From assembly GCF_009914755.1 (NCBI RefSeq), contig NC_060944.1: a stretch of 64,000 nt of DNA. The stretch is one strand, 5' to 3'. Shown here in pieces: positions 12,323 to 22,537 of the stretch (the first letter of the stretch is position 1; every line of letters begins with the position of its first letter). The notes beneath the pieces were generated by a model. It worked only from the letters and a program-made list of their open reading frames with translations, made no database searches and was not told the origin of the DNA. The DNA is from the human T2T-CHM13v2.0 reference genome, Homo sapiens. A program made the position numbers and the translations under genes.

Positions 12323-13883
12323 GTAAGACTCACTCATCTCCTGGTGGGCATATTCTTGCACATAAAAAGGTCAGTATGTGAAAGGAAAGTTCTTGGCTAC
12401 TAACGCTGCAACCAGACACTTCCTGCTGAAAAATCTCAGAAACCCCTCACTCTCACCTCACACTATCAGGGCTGCTATTTTCAGCTGTCCCTCTGCCCTA
12501 TTTGCCTTCATGCCTCAGAAGGCACAGAAATCATAGCCAAAGTTTGAGCTGACAAATGTTCATAAAACCAAAGAATTCCCAAGCAGGATTTTGAGCTTGA
12601 CCTTAGAGCAGTTGGTCAAGTTGGAGATATATTTTTAATGTAAATATTTCTGGTAACATGAGCTTGGGATTTATGCCAGCAAAGCTTCTGAGGGGCCTTT
12701 TCTCACCCTGTGCTCTGTGCATAAGTTTCTCCTTCTTAGACACTTTTCCTCTGTTTAGGAACAAACTTTGTTTTATGATCCCTAAAGCAGTTAGCAAACT
12801 GATGACTTTTCTAAAGCTGAGGATGAAAGACCATATAACAGGTTGCAGAGATTAAGTTGAGGTCCTTAAGAAACAGCTTCTGGTCTAGATTTGACACATT
12901 TGCAGACACTTGGTTCTAAACTATTGTTAAGCATTAGAAAAGCCTTGCTCGCTTATGCACAATACATTCTAAAATGGACTTGAGGTAGCTAAAACATATA
13001 ACATTAAGAAAGAGCGTTAGAAATATACAAACAATCAGAACCTTTGGAGAATTAATTATGCTAAATTTAAGACTAATGGAGTTATTACATTTGGGTAATG
13101 CTTTTGAGCTTCCTGGTGGCCAGAGTTAAAAGAAAAGTCTAACAAAAAGAGGAAATAGAATGATTTTTAGGGAGAAATAATATATTATTTTTCATTTTAT
13201 GTATCTTGCCACAGATACAGTTGAAAAGAAATATATTACATAAAACCTTCTAATGGGGGCACTAATAGGTACAATGGAAAACGCCCTCTGCAGCAACGTT
13301 AAAACTAAGACAAAATTGGTTTTTAAATGTTTGTTTGATAAATCAACTTTGATGTTTAATAAAGAACTAGGGTACATAGAAATTATTCAAAAATTAGTTG
13401 TTGAATGAATGATTAAAAAGATTTAAAAGTGTTCATTTTATTTAATGACCCGATAACTTCTGATGGAATTAACCAGACACTATTTCCTGGAGTGATGGTA
13501 ATGAAAACCAAATTGGAGTAAAGTTCTTGGAAATGGATGTAGTGATGCAGACACCTTTTTGAGAATGCTGCTGTTAAAAAAACACAGAAAAATAGAGGAA
13601 AGTAAAATCAAAGATTTTTTTTTTTAAGAAAAGAGAGATTTGAGCAGATGATATTCTGGGAGGATCCACTGTAGAAAGAGTGCAAAGTTAGGGATGAAAC
13701 AAAGTTGAATGGCATCTAGAGCACAGGTGGGTGGAGGAACTGGCCTCAGACAGAAATATGGAACCTCTTAGAGTTGCTTTTGATCTGGGTTTGGTAGCAT
13801 TACCTGCATTGTATTTCCACCAATGTGAACAATTTTATGATTTTTTAAATGAGTTATACTGAACTTTGCTTTCAGATGCCGTT

Positions 13884-14079
13884 AGGGAAACTGTGGGAAA
13901 AGCAGCTAATATTCTCTCTCCACCCTCCTTCAAATGGGGCCATTTTCTATTCCCTTTTAATAGTTGAATGATTTATAATAAGGGAAACTGTGGGAAAAGC
14001 AGCTAATATTCTCTCTCCACCCTCCTTCAAATGGGGCCATTTTCTATTCCCTTTTAATAGTTGAATGATTTATAATAAG
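13884..14079. repeat. Perfect 97-bp direct tandem duplication
   Basis: 13884-13980 is identical to 13981-14077, followed by AG matching the unit start. Confidence 0.97.
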
Positions 14080-14481
14080 CATATATTACTTTTTAAGTAA
14101 AAATAAGTCATAATAACATTGCCAAAAAAATTTCTTCAAATGATATGTTCCCCTTTGAACATAGGTTTGTGTATTCTCTCATTTGTTTGAGAAAGGCCAA
14201 TGACCTCAGATAATCCTTGAAGTTAGCACTGATTTTCTGCTTAAAGATGGCATTGTTTTGAATTGTCTAACAATGGGTAATCTAAATATTATTTATTTTA
14301 TGTTTTTGGATATAAGTTTTAGGAGAATTAAAATACATGAAAACTATGATTGAATATAGGAAGACAAGTTGTATAGTATTTATAGGAGAAAATTCCAGCA
14401 ATAGTCTCAATTGTTTGAGACTTCTCACTTTGTGATAAAAATTGCTCCTGTCATCACTGTCACTGATCTTATAGACAATAA

Positions 14482-14774
14482 TTTTATTTTCATTTTTAGA
14501 GACAGGGTCTTGCTCTATTACCCAGGCTTGAGTGCAGTGGCATAAGCATAGCTCACTGCAACCTCGAACTCCTGGGCTCCAGCAGTCCTCTTGCCTCAGC
14601 CTCCCAAGTAGCTAGAACTATAGACACATGCCACTATGCCTGGATAATTTTTTTTGTAGAGACAGGGTCTCGCTATGTTGTTCAGGCTGGTCTTGAAATC
14701 CTGGGTTCAAGCAATCCTCTCACCTCAGCCTCCCAAATTGCTGGGAATACATGCATAAACCACAGTGCCCAGCC
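14482..14774 (-). mobile_element. AluJ-like SINE
   Basis: 'tttttagagacagggtcttgctct...ccacagtgcccagcc'. Confidence 0.93.
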
Positions 14775-15180
14775 AGGGTCTTTAGATTAGGAGATTTATA
14801 TTATTTCAAACAGCAAAAATACGCTTGACTACAGACAAAACTGAATTTTAATTAAATCCAAAATGGATCATTGAAAATTTGTTTATTTTTTCTGTACACA
14901 CACACATACATACATGTCAACACAGGGGCATAATTTATCTTCCAATTGTGCTACTTTTTACAAAAATAGTAAGAACCAAATGTTTAAGAGTGATTTATAT
15001 TTTCAGTACTGATCTGTATGTTTTGTTCCATGAAAACTATGAAAAATTTTGCAGTTTCAAATCTCAAACTTTTCTGAGTAATGGGTATAGTGAAATTCTT
15101 CCATGGTCATGTTAAATGTTTGGGCAAAAGCAGAACATGCTTGAAGGGATCATGCTGTATAAATGTTCTTCTTTCTTTAG

Positions 15181-15261
15181 ATGCTGCAGTAAGCCTATCT
15201 CTGCTTCTCAGCTAGTTTTAGAAGTGGCATTCTTACCATCCTCAGAACAATACTCAGATAG
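15181..15261 (+). other. Candidate internal exon B (81 nt)
   Basis: Acceptor ttcttctttctttAG and consensus donor TAG|GTAAGT. No expression data. Confidence 0.45.
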
Positions 15262-15722
15262 GTAAGTGGAGGAAGCTGCCTACAGCAAGCAAGAGTTTTA
15301 GTTGACCTTACAGAAGAAGAGTACTGCTGGTCTCCCATCCCTTCCCTGTTTGTCTAAGACTCTGAAATTAAAGGCTGATAGAGTGTGTTTCTTGTTGGAT
15401 GCACGGCGAAGTTCATCATGTTTAGCCTACCTGCCACTGGGCAACCTAAAACCAGGTATCAGAAGAAAATAAATAATAATCCTGGCGGAGAAAAGTGAAG
15501 AGAGGAAACTAGTGAGAAAGTTGTGTGCACAGGTGTGCCTATGTACTTGTGCATGTGAATACCAGTGGGTTGTTTGTTGCAGACAAATGTCAGTTTAATA
15601 GGCACATGGCAGAAATTCCTACCACATGAGTTCTCTTTCAGTTTGCTATGGAAGACACAAAAACCCGTGAGCCCATCTTACTGGAATGCAAACGCCCTGA
15701 GAGCCTGGCACGTAATAGCTGC

Positions 15723-15737
15723 TCAGCAGGGGGCAGT
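15723..15737 (+). promoter_or_regulatory. Candidate CTCF core motif
   Basis: TCAGCAGGGGGCAG versus consensus CCASYAGRKGGCRS, one mismatch at position 1. Occupancy unknown. Confidence 0.45.
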
Positions 15738-15929
15738 GTGACACAGTCATTAAGAACTTGAAGATGCTGCTCCCTCTGGGCCTCCTCTTCCTCATCTGTA
15801 ACATGGGAGAATCAGTCTTTTCATACAGAGTCCTGTACCGTTTAAATTAGATAATAGATTCCTAACCATGGGACAGAGTAAATATTCAACAAATAGTAAC
15901 TTTTGTCATTTCTACTTTTTAAATTCCCG

Positions 15930-17050
15930 TTACAAAATATCTCCCTCCAAGTTAGAATGCTCATTCAAATTTCATAACTGTGTATCTTTGTCTGGGAGGT
16001 CAGGGAACGCCTCCAACTCAAAATATCTAAAAACTAACTCATGGCCACCCTGACCTCCCTGCCTGGTGTTTGTTCAGAGATCCCTGTTTCAGAGAACAAC
16101 ATCCAGTTGTTTTATAAACGGTTTGTCATCCTTAACACCTCCCTCTCCCCTACTCCTGCCATGCTAATGTGAGTTCTTTTGATTTAATCACTTAACTCCC
16201 TCTTGGAACTCCCCATTTCTTCCCATTGCCCCATCACCTCCACAGTGTAAGCAGCCCGTCTCTACCATTGAAGACTGCAGTGCAGTCCTAACTGGCCTGT
16301 TCCTCACATCCTCTCTTGCCCTCCTCCAATCTGTTTCCACATGGCAGAAAGACCACTCGTGCAGGAACAGAAATCTGGCCCTGCTGCCTCTGCTTCAAAA
16401 CCTGCATCACTTCCCCGGATTCTTAAAATGAAGACCAACATACTTCCACAATCACTCCAGCTTCAGCTGGAGTCAAGCCCCTCCTCCCCCTCCTTTCTTC
16501 TCTGGACTCCACTCACACCAGATTTGTTTCAGTTCCTCAAAAGAGCATGGATTCCCCTGGTCACAGGACCTCAGTGCCAGCTGGGCTTCCATTCCCTGTC
16601 ACACCCTTGAATCTGGCTAACCCTATGTACCCCTCAGTTTTGTTGCTTCTTCAGAAAAACCTTTCTGAGTAGAACCATCTCCCTTTTAATATGTCCTCAC
16701 AGTACTTGTACCTCTCTCTCTCTTTTTTTTCTTTTTCTTTTCCTTATTAAATTTTATTTTAAGTTGTGGGGTACATGTGAAGGGTGTGCAGGTTTGTTAC
16801 ATAAGTAAGTGTGTGACATGGTGATTTGCTGCACCTATCAACCTACCACCTAGTTATTAAGCCCAGCATGCATGAGTGTACCTCTCTTTTAGAAGTGTTT
16901 ATCACTGTTAATATGTAACATATATTTTGGTAGTTATTTGATTCATATATGTTTCCCCATCAAGGTATAAGCTTCATAGGGCCAGAGGTGAGAGGTGGGG
17001 ACAGAACTCATAGTTGTTCACCTTTGGATCAACATTTTCCAGTGTAATAA
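15930..17050 (+). mobile_element. L2 LINE fragment
   Basis: Pyrimidine-rich L2-like text, e.g. 'ccaactcaaaatatctaaaaactaactcatgg' and 'ctccaatctgtttccacatggcagaaag'. Confidence 0.75.
16718..16876 (-). mobile_element. Severely 5'-truncated L1PA 3' end inserted in L2
   Basis: T-rich tail plus 'ggggtacatgtgaagggtgtgcaggtttgttacataag...attaagcccagcatgca'. TSD TGTACCTCTCT at 16707-16717 and 16877-16887. Confidence 0.88.
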
Positions 17051-17060
17051 TAGATGCTCA

Positions 17061-17073
17061 ATGTGTGTGTATT

Positions 17074-17106
<33 letters not shown>
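17061..17106. repeat. (TG)n microsatellite
   Basis: Interrupted TG run. Confidence 0.93.
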
Positions 17107-17107
<1 letters not shown>

Positions 17108-17156
17108 AGGATAACAGCTCTCTTTTGTACCCCAGGACTCACCCAAGGTTTTCTTA

Positions 17157-17466
17157 CTTTTTGTTTGTTTTGTTCTGTTTTTTCGAGATGGGATATCACT
17201 CTGTCACCCTGCCTGGAGTGCAGTGGTGTGATCTCGGCTCACTGCAACCTCTACCTCCCAGGCTCAAGCTATCCTTCACCTCAACCTCCTTAGTAGCTGC
17301 GACTATAGGTGTGCGCCACCTCTCCTGGCTGATACGTTTGTATTTTGGGGAAAGATGGGTTTTGCCATGTTGCCAAGGCTGGTCTCAAACTCCTGAGTTC
17401 CAGTGATCTGCCTGCCTTGGCCTCCCCAAGTGCTGGGATTACAAGCATGAGCCACAGCACCTGGCC
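17157..17466 (-). mobile_element. Alu (J or old S) SINE
   Basis: 'ttttcgagatgggatatcactctgtcacc...gagccacagcacctggcc'. Confidence 0.93.
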
Positions 17467-18109
17467 TTCATCAAAGGCTTTAATTCACTGACTCCCTCCA
17501 TCTGTAGTTTAGCTATGTAAAACCCTGTGAAATCAAGGATTTCAATATGTATGTAATGACAATGTAAAGCCAAATGATAATTGGAAGAAACTATTCTCTG
17601 ACTTTGTTTTGGGGTCCTTTTGTTCAGCAAAGGCCTTTAGCACATGCTGTCTAGGGCCCAACTTCTCTCTATTTCAAACTGAATTCAGACTCCATACCAC
17701 CTAAAAATCATAGACTCCTGGAGTGGAAAATCAGAGGTAGGAAATAATTAGTGAGAGAAACTGTATTAGTCAATAACTTTCTCTCTCTCTGTGACTGAAG
17801 TAGGAAACAGACCTGAGGCTTCCTTTAAACCAAGTATCAGGTGCTGAGTTCCAGCAAGGACCAGAAACCAGGTAGAAACCCCAAGTCAGAAAATAACTCA
17901 AAGAAGGCATTTATATACTTTCTGAGACAGTGGTATAGGGTGCACAAGAGAGGGAGAAAAGCTGATAATTTAGAGGGCTTTGATTCAAAGGGTTGCTTAA
18001 GAGTATTATGTAAGCGTCAACCCAGCTGCCTAGGTGGCAGGCTGAAGGTCGTTTCTGGAAAGTTTTACAAACTTTGGGAATGAATTCCTCTTGATACTGA
18101 TAAGGAACA

Positions 18110-18260
18110 ACACTCCCTAAAGTGAATGTGCAAAAAGATCACCTGGGATATTGCTAATATTCACTTTCTGATTTGGTGGGCCTGAGGTAAGTCTAGTGAT
18201 GCTGTCATTCTAATAAGTTAACAGGTGATGTCAATGCTGCTGGTTTGAGTGGCAGGTATG
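18110..18260. mobile_element. MER5-type hAT-Charlie MITE
   Basis: 'gatcacctggga...cattctaataagttaacaggtgatgtcaatgctgctgg' resembles MER5B. A second MER5-like copy lies at ~18855-18995. Confidence 0.65.
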
Positions 18261-19214
18261 TAGTACCCTTCTGCTCATCACTTGTAGTACCCAAGTACTC
18301 ATCCAGGACAATGATTCCAGGGCTGATATAAACCATGGCCCAGGTTGGCAAGTTTGCTTTCATCCCTCCTAAGTGCTCTGCCACTGGGGTCCCATGTCTG
18401 CTCCTATGGTCTGTAAATGCAAATCATTTTCAATTATCAGAAAAGCAAAGTGGATCACCATCAGCCTGAAATATACTCAGGTTAGGTAAAGATCTCTTGA
18501 TAGATTCTTGTGTCCAGGACTGTGGGTTACACCTATAATTGAGGCAGTGCTTAGCACCCTTTGATACCTACTGACAGGCTGAGGCAAAAGTGATTGAAAG
18601 AGATGGGGTGAGGATGGAAGCTGCATAGTAAAGTCAGGTACTCAGTATTAATACCTAATGAGTACTCTGTTATCCACGTGTGCTATTTCATTTAAGTATC
18701 ATAGCAGTTTAATGAGAAAGGAACTTTCCATTTCACTCCCATTTTATGGTTATGGAAACCAAGGCCTGAAGAGATTAAGAACCCTGCCCTAATTTGTGCC
18801 GCTGGCAGTTGAGGGAGCCCAGATTCTGATCCATAAAGGCTCATTTGAAGTCTGTTGTTCTTACCTGGCTGCACATTAGAATTCCCTGAGGAGCTTTCGG
18901 AAAATATCCATTTCTGAACCCTCAAGAATTCCTATTTCACTGCTATTTTAAAAAAACCAGTCCAATGAATTTAACATATATCTGAGTTGAGTACAATTTC
19001 CTAGGCTCTGACTCTTAATTACCAGAATTTATACCCTCCAGAGACTAAGTTAGACGTTAAAACAAAGAAAAAAAATAGGAATGCTTGGTGGGGTATTTTG
19101 CGGAGGCTGAATTTTAGAGCTACCCAATGCAATAAGACTAAGCCATCGCCCACTGACCACTAATCTTACAATAGCAGGACAATGTCCAGATTCTATTTGC
19201 TGGGATTCTACGTG

Positions 19215-19430
19215 ATAATAGCTATGTATACCATATGTCAGGTGACACGGTTCTAAACACTTTACATACACTGCCTCCTATAATCTTTCAAAAATACACC
19301 GAAATAGATATCACTAACATTCCCCATTGTACAGATGAGAAGACTGAGATTCTGAAAGGTTAAATGCCTTGCCTTATTACAGGTGGTGTTAGGATTCAAA
19401 CTCAAGTACTTTGGCTCTAGTCCATGGGAT
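19215..19430 (-). mobile_element. MIR SINE fragment
   Basis: 'ccccattgtacagatgagaagactgagattctgaaaggttaaatgccttgcc'. Similar MIRs at ~18640-18830, 20890-21075, 28540-28770, 35200-35450 and 44600-44830 (minus), and ~32370-32590, 35010-35190 and 36525-36780 (plus). Confidence 0.8.
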
Positions 19431-20325
19431 AAACAACTTTGCCCACTGTCTGTCACTTTATGGGCCACGCTTGTTTCTCACCAGCTCCGATGATGTAGAT
19501 CTTCACCACCATATGTGAAGTGAGAACAAAAAAGGGCTGAAAGAGATTAATTTTACTGAAAAATGCAGTCGATATTAGAGAATGAGGCTCAGTGCGTAAA
19601 TGTTTAGGAAACACTAATTTCCATTTAAAATCAGGAGCCAGTTTTTATCTGGCAAAGCCCTTCAGCAAAGAAAAAGTTACTCTGGGCAGGAATGAGTCCC
19701 TTCATCGCTGATACGTCAGATATTTCCTGGATACCTACATGGCAGGGATGTTGTTGCAGGGGGTTGGAGATGGAATGGGGTGGGTGGCCTGCATGCTGTC
19801 TGAGGTCTCCCTTAGGCATGAGTTGCTGTGATCCTGTGATCTGACTTAAGTCCTCCAACACTCAATCAGTAAGCGAGGGCTTGATCATTTACAGTTACAC
19901 AGTGAGATGTTTCCAGGAATGATTTCCCTGTAGCATTTTAATAAGTACTCTATAAATAATAATTTATTGAAGTTGCCTACTATATAAGAAAAAGAATATA
20001 TTAAAGAAGCCGAGCTAATTGAAGCTGGCAGTTAAGTTCCCTGAATCGAAACCAATCGGTTTATCTACATGACTCTAAAGATTTGGGATGAAAATTGCTC
20101 ATTATAGTCTAACATCCTGATACCCAAAGATCCAGTTGTTTCACAATATATTGACATGGCCTTCCAGGAAACCTATGTGCAATATTGAGCTTAAAATGTT
20201 CCGATACAATTAAAAATAAATTGGATCAGAAAGAGCCTTTACTCTTCTTTAGTTGGGAGATGAAGGGATTTGAAAGATACTGAAAGCTGTGCGACCCCAG
20301 TCAGCAAGATTGCTGGTTCTAACTT

Positions 20326-20452
20326 GGATGACCACACAGCTTAAGTTGCCAGTGACTGTCCAGTTTATACCTTTGGTCCCAGGATAATGTTTAACAGGGC
20401 ATCCATTCCCTCCCCAAGTATCTTGGTTTGAACAATCATTGCATAATCACTA
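20326..20452. mobile_element. MER94-like hAT-Blackjack MITE
   Basis: 'ggatgaccac...gactgtccagtttatacctttggtcccaggataat...tcttggtttgaacaat...atcactat' is colinear with the recalled MER94 consensus. Confidence 0.65.
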
Positions 20453-20837
20453 TGATCATCCTGGTTAACCCACAGTGAGAGAGATTGGAGAGGGCACAAT
20501 CTAATGAGGTAAAAACAGGCCCTGAGGAAGACCAAGCTTCAGGTGGTAAGAGAGAATACAAACCAAGAGGCAGAATTGGGGTCCAAGGAGGAGCATTGTC
20601 TCATGATTCCTCAAACATCTTTTATTTTGTGTGAGTCTATAATTTCATATAGTTTGTTCCTCCCTCAGCTCAACTTTTGCACGTATGTATGTGCATGTGA
20701 AAAATCAAAAACCCATGATCATTCTTTTCCTCTTTAATGTTTTTTTCTCCTGATTGCATTATTATAGGGTTGTTGAGGACAAAGACAGTAGAGTCAGACA
20801 TGTGAGGTGCAAAAATCCTCTGAGGATTTTGCATTAT

Positions 20838-20880
20838 CTGGCTTGACAGTTCAGAGACTGTCTCTGAACTGTCAAGCCAG
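20838..20880. repeat. Perfect inverted repeat, 21-bp arms, 1-nt spacer
   Basis: CTGGCTTGACAGTTCAGAGAC-T-GTCTCTGAACTGTCAAGCCAG. Confidence 0.97.
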
Positions 20881-21627
20881 GATAACAACTAACATTTTTG
20901 AGCCCTAAGTCAATCACAAGTATTATTTTTAATATTCATGTAACCCCTATGGGGTACGTATTACCATGATCCCCCTTTCACACTTGAATGACACTTGAAG
21001 AGATTAAGCAACTTGTCCAGGATTCCACATGGAGCAGATGACAGCATCAAGATTTGAAACGAGAAGCCTGACCAATGCTCCTTCTGGCCAGTAGTCTTTT
21101 CTTAGCAGACCATTATGCACAGTTCATTGGTAAATATTTCCTTAGTTGCATGGGGGTAGGAGAAGTGATAGGAGATATCCCCTCTGTCATGCAGCCCAGT
21201 CTCATGACATGAGGCAAGATATGGAAGTGGTCTCTGGAGAGGTGGGCCCACTCAAGGAAATCATCAAAGACTTCTGAGAGAATGTATTGGCAGGGGGGTG
21301 GGGTTGTGGAGTGGCTCTTAGGGGTTGGTTTTGTGGGATAGGAAAATGTTTACAAGACAGAAATTAGAAGAGGACTATACCTAGCAGTAGGAATGGCCTG
21401 AAGAATGACTTTGGTCTGAGGAATAAATGGTGAGTCTAGGTTTTCACATAATCCATTTGGGCTGGACTGTTGTAAAGTTCAAATGTATGAATATGACTTA
21501 TATGGACTCCTACCATGGCCTCTGCTCCCTTCTTCCCATCACACAATTCTATCACTTTTGCTTTACTCTTTAGCCACAGCTTTTTATAGTACCTCTATTC
21601 TTCCATGCTGTTTCAACTCAATGACAC

Positions 21628-22018
21628 TTTATTAGTCCATTTTATGTTGCTATAAAGGAATACCTGAGGCTGGGTAATTTACTAAAAAAGAGATTTTTTT
21701 GGCTCATGATTCTGCAGCTCTAGAAGAAGCATGGCACTAGAATTTGCTTCTGGTGAGGTCTTCAGGGAGTTTCCAATCATGGTGGAAGAGGAAGGGGAGT
21801 CAGCGTGTCACACAGTGAGAGAGAAGGAAAGAGAGGAGGAGGGGTGCCACACTCTTTTAAAAAGTCAAGAGCTCATCATTACCTCAGAGGAGGGCACCAA
21901 GCCATTCATGAGGGATCCACCCACATTATCCAAACACCTCCCACTAGGCCCCACCTCCAACACTGGGGATTATATTTGAACATGAGATTTGGAGGGGACA
22001 AATGTCTAAACTATATCA
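21628..22018 (-). mobile_element. MST (MSTB-like) MaLR solo LTR
   Basis: 'tattagtccattttatgttgctataaaggaatacctgaggctgggtaattta...ggggacaaatgtctaaactatatca'. 5-bp TSD GACAC/GATAC. Confidence 0.9.
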
Positions 22019-22228
22019 GATACCATTAATAATTTTCCTTCATACTCAAATACCCTTTTCCTTGATGCTTTCTTCATCTGGTTCATTGTTGTTTTCCTTC
22101 TAATTTGCTTCTCCCAGAAAGCCTACTTTGCTATTCTGGGCAGGTGATCTCTACCATACAGTTCAATAGCACCCTAGTATGTATTCACTGCTGTGCACAG
22201 TGCTTGGCACTGTGTAGGAACTCAGTTA

Positions 22229-22537
<309 letters not shown>

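Noticed and set aside
13884-14079. Direct repeats as a CRISPR-like array
   Set aside because: Two adjacent copies with no spacers, in eukaryotic DNA with no cas genes.
20838-20880. Palindrome as a canonical pre-miRNA or intrinsic terminator
   Set aside because: The perfect stem with a 1-nt spacer is too short for a pri-miRNA hairpin, has no U-tract, and the context is not prokaryotic. Kept only as a structural finding.
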